From NCBI GenBank assembly GCA_963514005.1, contig OY740807.1:5952001-6016000 (forward strand): DNA of 64,000 bases, given 5' to 3'. Positions within the stretch are counted from its first letter, which is position 1. Each line of letters starts with the position of its first letter. The notes under the pieces are model-generated. The model was given only the letters and a program-made list of their open reading frames with translations. It ran no database searches and was not told where the DNA came from. The position numbers and the translations under genes are program-made. This stretch comes from Raja brachyura. Its lineage: Eukaryota. Positions 48,067 to 60,043 of this stretch are shown here, in pieces.

Positions 48067-50417
48067 CTGCGACAACAACAAAGAACAGGTTTTCAGTCCA
48101 AACCGCCCTCAATGACTGCTCGACACAGGAGAGTCCAGAGGCAAATGCCCATTTAGTTTAGCGTAGAGAAACAGCATAGAATAGAGACCACGCTCGCAAT
48201 GCTCTGCCTTAGACAATAGACAATAGGTGCAGGAGTAGGCCATTCGGCCCCTCGAGCCAGCACCGCCATTCAATGTGATCATGGCTGATCATCCCCAATC
48301 AGTACCCCGTTCCTGCCTTCTCCCCATATCCCCTGACTCCACTATTTTTAAGAGCCCTATCTAGCTCTCTCTTGAAAGCATCCAGAGAACCGGCCTCCAC
48401 CGCCCTCTGGAATTCCACAGACTCACCACTCTCTTGGCCTGGGCCTACCTGATCTCCCGGTTGCCAACACTTTAACTCCCCTCCCATTCCCACACTGACC
48501 TTTCTATCCTGGGCCTCCTCCACTGTCAGCGTGAGGCCCAGCGCAAATTAGAGGAGCAGCTACTCATATTTTGCTTGGGCAGCTTACACCCCCATTTCAA
48601 GCAAACCCCAGCATTCCTTCCATATTCGCCAAATATCAGGTGCTGCTCCTCCAATTTGAGCGGAATTGCTCTGACAATGAAGGAGGCCCAGGACAGAAAA
48701 TTGCCAAATTAAAATGTTCGGCAACCGGGAGATCACGTAGGCCAAGGCGGGCTGAGCATATCTGTTCTGGTGCCCACCTCCATTATTCAGTCTGAAGAAG
48801 GGCTTCAACCCGAAATATCACCTATTCCTTTTCTCCAGAGATGCTGCCTGACCTGCTGAGTTGCTCCAGTGTTTTGTATCTATCTGCGGTGTGAACATTG
48901 AATTCTCCGATTTCAGGTAACTAAACTACAAACAAACCCCCCTTCCCACTGCCCCCTTTCCCCCCGATCTCTTCCCTTTGTCCCACCTTGATTTACACCA
49001 ACTTTTCCCCTTTCTCCCATCCGCTTCCACCTAAATTCCTCCCTCTGGCTTCACAATTCCCACCTCTTCCATTCTGATCTCACACGTTTTTATCTCTGGT
49101 CTTTGCCCAACTATCCACCCATGGACCTGTATCCACCTATCACTTGCCAGGCTTTGTCCTGCCCCCATCCCTCTACCCCCCGACCCAATCAGTCAGAATA
49201 AGGTTCACCACCCGAAACGTCACCTATCCATGTTCTCCAGCGATGCTGCCTGAAGTTACTCCAGCACTTTGTGTCTTTTTTCTGTAAACCACCATCTGCA
49301 GCTCCTTGTGTCTCCATAATCGAGGCCCTTTCACAACTCAGTCATTCCCTCTATTCCCCCCCCCCATCCATCGGGCAGAGGGTACAAATTCTTGAAAACA
49401 TGCCCCACCTCGTTCAGGAACATCATCTTCCCTGCTGTTGTCAGACTACGGAGCGTAGGGTGGCACGGTGGTGCAGCGGTAGAGTGGCCGTCTTACAGTG
49501 CTTAGACCGCCAGGGTTCGATCCTGACAACGGGTGCTGTCTGTACGGAGTTTGTACGTTCTCCCTGTGGCCTGCGTGGGTTTTCTCCAAGATCTTTGGTG
49601 TCCTCACACACTCCAAAGACGCACAGGTTTGCAGGTTAATTAGCTTGGTATAAATGTAAATTGTCCCTAGTGTACGCAGGATGGTGATAATGGGTGGAGA
49701 TGGCTGGTTGGTGCAGCCTCGGCGGGCCAAAGGGTTTGTTTCCACACTGTATCCCTAATACTAAAACTAAAAACTGAAACTAACATCTTACAAGTTGATA
49801 TATCTTCCAGCCTACCTCAAAGCAGCCCTGGCAATTTTATTAAACCTGCACTTTCTCTTCAGCTGTAACACTGCATTCTGCACTCTGGTTATTGTTCTCT
49901 TTGCACTAACTGTTGCACATGTCTATGGCCTGATTGCACTCACATCTAGTATGATTTGACTGGATTGCATATTATGGTCCACCGCCAATTTTCCAGTAAC
50001 TGGTGGTTCGGCAATTCTGTTAATCCTGACTAAATTAAGAGCACGCCTTAAAATCCCGACCCAAAAGTACCCCCAAAAATATGGCGCCTAGATCGGGCAA
50101 GGCGGCAGATCTCAACCTCATCAAGACTTCTGCGGGCGATCGGCAGGTTGAATTTGCCGCCTTCGGCCGGCGCTCTGGAACTCCGGCCCGGTCGGATCCG
50201 TTCCCATAGCGGGCTTTGCGGGGCCGGTGTCTCGGCCCATCGGCGGACCGTTCCGGCAACGTTGGACTCCTCTCGGAGGCCGCGACCTCGGCTGGTCCGG
50301 CAAAACGGGCAATCCTGAACGGTTCTTGAACCAAGGGTGCCGGGAAATTGGTGGCGGAGCTGTATGTATGTCACACCGATAATAGCAAATAATACAACAC
50401 CAATGTGCCACACTCAC

Positions 50418-50494
50418 CGGGTTCGAGCTCTGCTGCAGTTTCTCAAATCGCAATTTCAAAGTATTTCTCGGAGAGGTTTTACACTTTGTCGAGT
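50418..50494 (-). CDS. RAP1GAP2: RAP1GAP2-like near-terminal exon
   Basis: gtgtcacag| acceptor and |gtgagt donor. Encodes DSTKCKTSPRNTLKLRFEKLQQSSNP, resembling DAKSRNSPRSNLKFRFDKLSH. Confidence 0.88.
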
Positions 50495-52408
50495 CTGTGA
50501 CACAAAGGAGAAGAATTCAAAATATGCAAATACACAGTAGTAGTAACTTTGTGGCTTCTAAACTAGGGCGGGCCCGGTGGCGCAGCGGTAGAGTTGCTGT
50601 CTGTACGGAGTTTGCACGTTCTCACCGTGGGTTTTCTCCGGCTGCTCCGGTTTCCTCCCCCATCCCAAAGACAGACTGGCCTGTAGGTTAATTGGTTTTG
50701 GTAAACTTGTAAATTGCCTTTGGTGTGAGTACAATAGTGTTAATGTGCGGGTATCGACGGTCGGTGTGGACTCAGTGGGACAAAGGGCCTGTTTCCGTGC
50801 TGTATCTCTAAACTAAACTTAATTAAAAACTAAACTCAGTCAGAACAAATGCATTTTGTGATGAATAACCCACTCGAGGTAGCCCATGGCCTTCCCTGTA
50901 TTTACAAGGCAGAAGTCATGAATACAGGGCATTTAAAGACCTTCACAGTGTATAGCAGGGCCCTGGGAGTATTATAGAGCAGCCAGGAGTGCAGCTACAG
51001 AGTTCAATCAACAATAGGTGCAGGAGTAGGCCATTCGGCCCTTCGAGCCTGCACCGCCATTCAATATGATCATGGCTGATCATCCAACTCAGTATCCTGT
51101 ACCTGCCTTCTCTCCATACCCCCTGATCCCTTTAGCCACAAGGGCCACATCTAACTCCCTCTTAAATATAACCAATGAACTGGCCTCAACTACCTTATAA
51201 TTGGTATAAAATGCTGGAGTAACTCAGCGGGCCAGGCAGCATCTCAGGACAACAGGAGCCATTAAGCTTAAGTCAGTATATTGTAGCCATGCCTAATATT
51301 TTTAGTTTGTATCTGTCTGTACTTTTGTAGGTGGGATTTAATGCATAGAAGGGGTATATCTATTTCTAGAGGAGATGAGTGCAGACTCACAGATTAGTTG
51401 GGTCTGGGATGGATGGTGAGAATACAGTTTTTAGCCACGACATGATCACGACACACACAAGTTAATGAGATGACGTACTTTTATAAGAAGAAACTTTCAT
51501 ATGATTTATCTGACACAGCGATTAAGAGGGTGGCGGAATATTTCTTTGCCACGTACTACTTCAATAAAAGACCCATTAATTAAGAAACAACGTTTGAATT
51601 TGAATTTTTTTAATTTGAATTTTTTAAAATTTCAACAGGGACAGTGTTGATGAACATTTACATGTAAATATGCAAGATTATAGCCAGTAACTAATTTCCA
51701 TCTTTAGTGCCTTTGGCAGCAAGAAGAAACAATTAACAAGACCCACACCAACACAATTCACACAGACATCCATCACAGTGAATCTCCTCCTCACTGTGAT
51801 GGAAGGCAAAGTCTTGTCTCTCCCCTGCTTTCCATTCTTCTCCCGATGTTAAAGCCCCCGGCGGGCGATGGCAAGTCCCGCGGCCGTTAAAGCCGCGCTG
51901 GGCGATGTTAGGCCCCGCTCCGGGTCACCTTCAACCCCCCAACTCGGGTGGGAGAAGTTGCCGCCGTGGGAGCTCTGGAAAGCGGTCTCCCACCGGGGAC
52001 CCGCGAGCTCCCGATGTCACCGTCCACCGGACCTGCGGCTGGAGCCCCCGAAGCTCCGGAGTCGGGTCACAGCCGCGCGCCACCACAGCTCCCCGCGCTC
52101 CGAAGCCGGCCAGCCCCACGATGGCGAGTCCGCAGGCTCGTCGACTGGAGCCCCAGGTCGTTCCGGTTGGAGGCCGCTCCACGGTGCTAGGCCTCGGACA
52201 ACGGAGACCCGACAGGGAAAAGGTCGGGTCACCCGCACAGGGAAGAGATTTAAAAGTTCCCCCCCCACACATACGCAGTTAAAAACAATATAAAAAACCA
52301 CAGCAACGGGACAAAAATAAAAACAAATTGACAGACGAGCTGCAGGGGCAGCGCCATTACAGCGCCGCCAGTTTCTTTCCTTTGATGGATTAGTTTTTTC
52401 AATCTTAA

Positions 52409-52616
52409 AGGGCCTGTCCCACTTTCGCGACCTTTACAGGCGACATGTCACGGTTGGCCTCTCACGACCGAGGTTGAGAGAGATCTCCTACGGTCGTGAG
52501 AGGTCCCCAAAGAGTCTTTCTGGTTGCCGCTGAATTTTCGACATGTTGAAAATTTCGGCGACCTATTACGGGTGCCGGCAGTCGCCTGTAAAGGTCGCGT
52601 AAGTGGGACAGGCCCC
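52409..52616. mobile_element. PIF/Harbinger-type MITE
   Basis: TIR AGGGCCTGTCCCACTTTCGCGACCTTTACAGGCGAC with TAA TSD. Confidence 0.82.
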
Positions 52617-53235
52617 TAAGTGTGACGTCAGTGCGTAAAATATACCTCCGAACCATCCCCAAGGGGTAATGGCTATCGAAGTTGGACTTTGAGAACATCG
52701 ACTTTGAGAACGTCACCATTATAGGTTGGAAGGGACTGCAGATGCTGGTTTATATAGACACAAAATAATGGAGTGACTCAGCGGGTCAGGCAGCATCTCT
52801 GGAGGAAAGGAATAGGTGATGTTACAGGTTGAGACCCTTCAGACTGAGAGTGAGGGGGAGGGAAACTAACGGTGTGAATAGTTACAAAGAGCAAATGAAT
52901 GAAAAGTATGCAAAAGGACAAATCAAAGCCAGCAACGGTGTACGAGGAAATGTGGAGCCCACAATGGTCCATTGTTGGCTGCGGAAGAGGTGACAACAAG
53001 GGGGATACGAACAGTGAAAGGAAGGAAGACCTGAGTTAGAGTTTAGATCAGATACACAGCATGGAAACAGGCCCTACGGCACACCGAATACATGCCGTTT
53101 CGGGTCAAGACCCTTCTGCAGACTGAAGAGGATTTCCGCGCTGTATTTCTAAAGTAAATGGAGAATAAAAGGTTGGCCCTGCGGGTTGTGCCGAGGCAGT
53201 GCAGGGTGTGACAGTGCGATGGGCAGGGTACAGAC

Positions 53236-53341
53236 CTGTGGGACTCTTGCACGAGCTGACTTGCCCCGAGTTGCTCTGGCTGTCGCTGCTGTACACAAAG
53301 ACATCCTGCCGGAAAGGCGATGCTGTGGACGGCTGGCTTCC
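53236..53341 (-). CDS. RAP1GAP2: RAP1GAP2-like exon
   Basis: ccctgcag| acceptor and G|gtctg donor. Encodes GSQPSTASPFRQDVFVYSSDSQSNSGQVSSCKSPT, resembling GSQPSTTSPFKQEVFVYS...RSPT. Confidence 0.88.
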
Positions 53342-53723
53342 CTGCAGGGACAGAGGAACCGTCACCATTCAAACGTTCATGTGCATAAGGTAATACAAGA
53401 TAGGAGCAGAATTAAGCCATTCGGCCCATAAAGTCTACTCCGCCATTCAACCATGACTGATCTATCTCTCCATCCTAACCCCATTCTCCTGCCTTCTCTC
53501 CAGAACCCTTGTCACCCATATTAATCGAGAGTCTATCAATCTCTGCCTTAAATATATCCACTGACTTGGCCTCCACAGCCACCTGTGGCCAAGAATTCCA
53601 CAGATTCACCACCTTCTGACTAAAGAAATTCCACCTCATCTCCTTCCTAAAGGAACATCCTTCAATTTTGAGGAGCTGTGACTCTCCCACTAGTGGAAAC
53701 ATTCTCCACACATCCACTCTATC

Positions 53724-54753
53724 TAGGTATGTTACAATACCTATCTTGAGCAGCGTTGCAGTTCTGCCGCTCCCCGTGTGTGAGACTTTGGCGCCTTTCA
53801 GAGGTGGGCGGGTTTAAAATGCCGTTTTTCCCCAGACAGTCCAAGTCGATCCATGTCGGGCGATTTCGTCGCTAAAGAGAAATCGCTCCGACATTTCATT
53901 CATGAAGCTATTTTTAAACTACGCTAGATTATTTATTAACTAGACTAGTTTAAAAATCATCTTCTAAAGCTCTGAATGGTGACAGTGGAACGGACCTAAC
54001 GTAGGCGATAAAAGAAGCTACACAGTTTATTTTTACATAAAAACTTGGTTCTTAGGGAACATTTAATCAAATTTTCATGTTGCGAAATGGGGACAAAAAA
54101 AAATGTATGAACGGCCAGTATTTTTCATACCGACTTCACCGCAAACCGCAACGTTCTAATCCACCGCATTCCACTAAAACCCACTCGCTAGTTGATTTAA
54201 ATGGCCATTAATTTACAGGCATTAAGCTCTAAATTCCTTCCATTTGTCCTATAAATTCATGAAAATGACATTTAAAAATCATGTTATATTGTGGATTATT
54301 GTGTGAATGTTATTTGGACAATTAGGCAATTTATGTTTGCCTAATCTTAAGAAATGGATAGATGTTTAGATCTAGTAATTGAATTTTGTAATTAGCTATA
54401 ATTAGGTAACTAACTAATTATATGCTTTAATTTCAGGTCATCCAAGTAAGATTGTTTCATATTTGTTTCAGAATGCTTCAATCTATAATAACTGAAAATT
54501 TCATTGAGTTCTCTTAATTTTTAAGAAAGTTATGGGCTTTTAACTGTTCTAGATCACAGCTTTTGTGTTAAGTCAATGGAAAGGCAATGGGGAACAAGAT
54601 GCGAATTTCCGAGTATGAAAATGGACATAACCTTTTTAATACTGAAGATATGAAAGTGAATTAGGTGTCAAATTAAACTTCTTTTTATGCTTTATCTGAT
54701 GGAATAAATTGCAGACTTGATTTTTAAAATTTCAAAATTTTGTAACATTGCTA
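53724..54753. mobile_element. 1030-bp non-autonomous TIR DNA transposon with 7-bp TSD (hAT-related candidate)
   Basis: TAGGTATGTTACAA / TTGTAACATTGCTA termini; CTCTATC duplicated at 53717-53723 and 54754-54760; AT-rich interior with no ORF. Confidence 0.8.
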
Positions 54754-54943
54754 CTCTATCCAGGCCTTTTACTGTTCACCATTCGACTCAGGTCCATCCA
54801 CTCTGATTGGACTCATAGACGGTGGAGATCACAGTGTTGGCTCATCCCATCCCTCGTCATCCCATTCCATTCCATCCTAGCCCATTCCTTCCCATCCCAT
54901 CCCATCCCAGTCCATCCATCCCAGCCCAGCCCGCAGTACTCAC

Positions 54944-55061
54944 GGCGGTGTCGTATTCCTCCATGGCCTCGCTCTCGCCCGCCGTGCTGCTGAAGCTGCT
55001 GGTGCTGGAGGACGAGCGCGAGATGTTCGCCCGGCCATTCTCCCGCCGCTTGATGTAGGCC
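54944..55061 (-). CDS. RAP1GAP2: RAP1GAP2-like exon
   Basis: cccccagcag| acceptor and |gtgagt donor. Encodes AYIKRRENGRANISRSSSSTSSFSSTAGESEAMEEYDTA, resembling RAP1GAP2 ENGRAISRSSSSTSSVSSTAGEGEAMEE. Confidence 0.9.
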
Positions 55062-55167
55062 CTGCTGGGGGACGGAGACGGACCGTGAGATGCCTGGGGT
55101 GGAGGGACGGGGGAAGCCCAGCTCTGGGAGGGCAGGGCAGGGATGGGTCAGGGGCTCAGTTGGAGAG

Positions 55168-55482
55168 TTTGGGGGGGGGGGGGAGGGGAGGGGAGAGGGA
55201 GAGAGTAGGAGAGAGGGAGAGAGAGAGAGGAAAAGAGGAGGGAGAAAGGGGGGGAGTGAGAGGGAGGGGGGAGCGTGAGAGGGAGGGAGGAGAGTGATGG
55301 AGAGAGGGGAGAGAAAGAGAGGGCAAGGCGGGGGGAGAGGAGATTGAGAGAGAGAGAGAGAAAGAGAGAGAGCGAGAGAGTGAAAAGAGAAAAAAGGGGA
55401 ACGAGAGAGTGAAAGAGGTAGATAGAGAGAGGGAGAAAGACAGAGCAAAATAGAAAGACAGAGGAAAAGAGGAAAAGGAGCA
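55168..55482. repeat. Polypurine (GA-rich) low-complexity tract; (ATCCC)n-like tract at 54844-54930 on the other side of the exon
   Basis: Directly visible in the sequence. Confidence 0.9.
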
Positions 55483-58400
55483 GACTGGGGCTGCTGAACT
55501 GTAGGAAGAGGTTGGGCAGACAAGGATTTTATTCCATAGAGCACAAGAGGCTGAGGAATAATCCTACAGACGTGTATAAATCATAGGTGGAATAGATAGG
55601 GTGGAATTTTAACCCAGGGGATGGGAAACTAGAGGGGCAACTTTTTCACTCAGAGGGTGGTGAGCGTATGGAACGAGCTGCCATCAATCTTTCCCTTGTT
55701 GAAGTTGGTGTGGTGGGTGTATGGAACGAGCTGCTAGAGGAGGTAGTTGAGGCAGGTACTATCACAAACATTAGATAAGTACATGGATCGGACAGGTTTA
55801 GTGGGACATGGGCCAAACGCAGGCAGGAGGGACTGGTGTAGATGGGGCATGTTGGTTGGGCCGAAGGGCCTGTTTCCGCACTCGACGACTCCGTGAATCT
55901 ATAACAGTATTTCAAAGACACTTGGACTTTGAAGGAAAAAAATTCCCAATGTTGGGCAAGTCCAGAACCAGGGGCCACAGTCTTAGAATAAAGGGGAGGC
56001 CATTTAGGACAGAGGTGAGAAAAAACATTTTCACCCAGAGAGTTGTGAATTTGTGGAATTCCCTGCCACAGAGGGCAGTGGAAGGCAAATCACTGGATGG
56101 ATTTAAGAGAGAGTTAGATAGAGCTCTAGGGGCTGGTGGAATCAAGGGATATGGGGAGAAGGCAGGCACGGGTTATTGATTGGAGACGATCAGCCATGAT
56201 CACAATGAATGGCGGTGCTGGCTCGAAGGGCTGAATGGCCTCCTCCTGCACCTATTTTCTATGTTTCTATGGACAGGTAAATGGACAGGGATGGTTTGGA
56301 GGGATATGGGCCAAATGGGGCTTGCTTGGATGGGGTACCTTGGTCAGCAGTGGTAAGTTGGGCCGAAGGGCCTGCTAAAAGACTGTGTGATTCTGTGTGT
56401 TCCCGACGTTGGGGGAGTCCAGAGCCAAGGGCCACAGTTTAAGAATAATGAGTAAGCCATTTAGATGAGGAAACAATTTTTCTCACAGAGAGTGATGAGT
56501 CTGTGGAATTCTCTGCCTCAGAGGGCGGTGGAGGCTGGTTCTCTGGATACTTTCGAGAGAGAGCTAGATAGGGCTCTTAAAGATAGCAGAGTCAGGGGAT
56601 ATGGGGAGAAGGCAGGAACGGGGTACTGATTGGGGATGATCAGCCATGATCACATTGAATGGCGGTGCTGGCTCGAAGGGCCGAATGGCCTACTCCTGCA
56701 CCTATTGTCTATTGTCCATTGACCATTTGAACTCCACTCTGCTCTTTGGGGCAACATCTTCAGCGGAAGGGACGCAGCACTTCATAAAATGCAGCACATC
56801 ACCGCCTTGTCTGGGGCAACGAGCATTGGATGTCAAATACTGAGCCGGCCAGGGAACTTATGCATGGAGCAGCAGAGCCAGGCTGGAGCCCAGCAGATGG
56901 CTCGCTCATGGTTCATGGTAGATGATTCGGAGGTTGGGGATGATGGTGATTGGAAGTGACTCATTTGGGACCATTTCACGATCAAACACTTGGCCGCGCG
57001 CCGTGACGTGACATATGCCACCGAAGATGGAACAGAATACAGAACTGAGGATAAAGAGAGAGCCATGCCTTTTAGTGACTAGAATGGGTCGCCTGCTTGG
57101 CTGAGGAGATTCGGTATGTCGCTGAATATTTTATCGTAGAGTCATACAGCGTGGAAACTGGACCGTTTGGCCCGCCCCCCACGCCGTCCAAGATGCCACA
57201 TCTAGTCCCACCTGCCTGCATTTGGCTCATATCCCTATAAACCTTTCCTATCCATTTACCCATCCAAATGTTCTTAAAAGGGCGGCACAGCAGTAGCGTT
57301 GTTGCCTTAGAGCGCGTGTACCGCCAGAGACCCGGGTTTGATCCTGGCTACGGGCGCTGTCTGTACAGAGTTTACACGTTCTCCCCGTGACCTGCGTGGG
57401 TTTTCGCCAAGATCTTCGGTTTCCTCCCACACTCCAAAGCCGTACAGGTTTTGTAGGTTCTCATTGGCTTGGTATAAATGTAAAATTGTCCCTAGTGTGT
57501 ATAGGGTAATGTTATTATGCAGGGATCGCTGGTTTGGCATGGACTCGGTGGGCCAAGGGGCCTGTTTCCATGCTGTATCTCCAAACTAAACTAAACCTAT
57601 CTCTGCCTTAAATATATCCATTGACTTGGCCTCCACAGCCGTCTGTGGCAATGAATTCCACAGATTCACCGCCCTCTGACTAAAGAAATTCACCTCAGCT
57701 CCTTCCGAAAGGAACGCCCTTTAATTCTGAGGCAATGGCCTCTGGTCCTAGACTCTCCCACTAGTGGAAACATCCTGTCCACATCCACTCTATCCGGGCC
57801 TTTCACTGTTCACTATTAGACTCAGCAAACTACAACATTCACCCGGTGATGGTACATCCACTCTGATTGGACTCATAGACGGTGGCGATCACAGTGTTGA
57901 CTGTTGCCGCAAGCTACAAGAACGGAGAACAGTCCAGAATGTGTAGGAAGGAACTGCACCCGCTGGTTTGACACACGTACTGAGCAGTCCCCACAATCTT
58001 ACTGAACCTATCAATCTCCACTTTGAAAATATCCACTGACTCGGCCTCCATAGCTGCCTGTGGCAATGAATTCCACAGATTCACCGCCCTCTGACTAAAG
58101 AAATTCCTCCCCATGTTTGTTGTTTGCTGTGCCCAATATGGCTGTAAACCTACAACAATTCATTCTTCCTATCTGGTACATCTTGGGGTTTAGAGATACA
58201 GGGCGGAAACAGGCCCTTTGGCCACCGAGTCCGCGCCGACCAGCGATCCCCGTACACTAACACTACCCTGCACACACTGGGGCCAATTTACATTTAACTG
58301 AAGCCAATTAATCTACAAACCTGCATGCCTTTGGAGAGTGGGAGAAAACCGGAGCACCCGGAGAAAACCCACTTGGTCACGGGGCGAACGTACAAACTCC

Positions 58401-58508
58401 ATACAGACAGCACCCGTAGTCAGGATCGAACCGGGGTGTCTGGCGCTGTGGGGCAGCAACTCTACCGCTGCGCCACCGTGCCGCCCTGCTTGACTCCCTT
58501 GAACGTAC

Positions 58509-58622
58509 CTCTCCTTGTTGGGGCCCATTTCAGGCGAGCTGGGGTTAGACGACGTCTCCCACTTGATGTCCGGCGATATCTGGCCACTCTCAGGAGTCTT
58601 TGACAAGCTCGACAGACTCTCA
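58509..58622 (-). CDS. RAP1GAP2: Rap1 GTPase-activating protein 2-like, C-terminal region exon
   Basis: ctttgcag| acceptor and AG|gtacg donor on the minus strand. Encodes ESLSSLSKTPESGQISPDIKWETSSNPSSPEMGPNKE(R), resembling RAP1GAP2 ...KSETSSNPSSPEICPNKEK. Confidence 0.88.
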
Positions 58623-59724
58623 CTGCAAAGGACAAATGAAAACCAACGTCAGTGTCAGCGAGAGAGAATGGATACACATACAAGGAATTTGCCTTGGTGC
58701 TCCACTCGCACGACATATGGGAAACAATTAAGAATAAAACATTATGGTTTAAACATGTGAATGAAATAAAATACCAGAGCAAACAGAGGCGACAGAGTAT
58801 TGGTTATTGAGTAGAGCTACTGCTCGTGGAAAAAAGATGGTTTTATGTCTGGCTGTGGATTCCGCGCTGCCCAGCGATCCCCGCACACCAACACTAATCC
58901 TACACACACTAGGGCCAATTTACAGTTATACCAAGCCAATTAACCTACAAACCTGTACGTCTTTGGAGTGCGCTGGAGATCCGGGAGAAATCCCACGCAG
59001 GTCACGGGGAGAACGTGCAAACTCCGTACAGACAGCACCCGTAGTCAGGATCGAACCTGGGTCTCTGGCGCCGTGAGGCAGCAACTCTACCGCTGCACCA
59101 CCGTGCCGCACTCTGGTTCATGGTTCCCCTACCCTGGGTAAAGCATTCTGAGCACCGACCCAATCTATTCCCTTAACCTAAGAGAGATTCTGTATAAGCA
59201 TGTTTCATTAATTCCTTTTAAGACACAAAGTGCTGGAGCAACTCAGCGGGTCAGGAAGCATCTCTGGAGGACATGGATAGGTGACGATACGGGTCAGAAT
59301 GACATTGGGACACTCCGAAACGTAGCCCATTCATGTTCTCTGCAGATGCGGTGCACCGACAATTTGCATATATGTAGCAACTTAGACATAGTAAACTGCC
59401 CCAGGTTGTTTCACACTGGACTGTGGAAATCTTAGGAGCTGCAAACTCAAAACTGACCAGAGGACCATGTTAAGGAACAAATATTGAATGAAGAAAGGGA
59501 GGCTGAGGGTTTTTAGAGAGGTTCAGACATGAGTTGGTGGAGGAGCAACGTTGACTAGGCCAGGACTGGAAGAGGGCAGATATTGGGCGACACTTTGGTG
59601 CAGCGGGTAGGGCCACTGCCTCACAGAACCCGAGTCTCTGGCGCTGTGAGGCAGCAACTCTACCGCTGCGCCACCGTGCAGCCCTCTGGTTCTTGGAGAA
59701 TAAAGTAAATAATGACGTCAGGTG

Positions 59725-60043
59725 TGGGCCTGTGCCATTTTGGCCATTTTTTAGGGAACTACAGGCGACTAGTTTGTCGCCAAATGTTCGCCGGGAGTCG
59801 TCTCCTCAGTCGGGCAAAAAGTAGTAGCATCTTTATGGTCGCCGCTGAATTTTCAACATGTTGAACATTTGTCGGTGACAGTGGGTTTGACGCCAATGAG
59901 CGTAGCTTGCCTTCTCCTGACGTAGGCGCTGTCGTACGCTGTCGCCGGGTTGACGTAGGTTGTCGCCGGTTTTTCGCCGGCCTGCTACGACTATGACAGT
60001 CGTCGGCAGTTGCCCGAAAAAATCGGCAAGTGGGACAGGCCCG
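59725..60043. mobile_element. PIF/Harbinger-type MITE (degenerate left end)
   Basis: gggcctgtgccatt ... aagtgggacaggcccg followed by TAA; shares the internal palindrome with the 52409 copy. Confidence 0.7.

Noticed and set aside
51868-52301. Cluster of overlapping ORFs on both strands
   Set aside because: Expected from high GC content inside a repeat; no recognisable domain.
54813-55544. 243-aa minus-strand ORF
   Set aside because: Low-complexity translation of the GA tract; it crosses the RAP1GAP2 exon in the wrong frame.
59848-59870. CAACATGTTG as a p53 response element
   Set aside because: It is a single half-site with mismatches at both outer positions and is better explained as the MITE internal palindrome.
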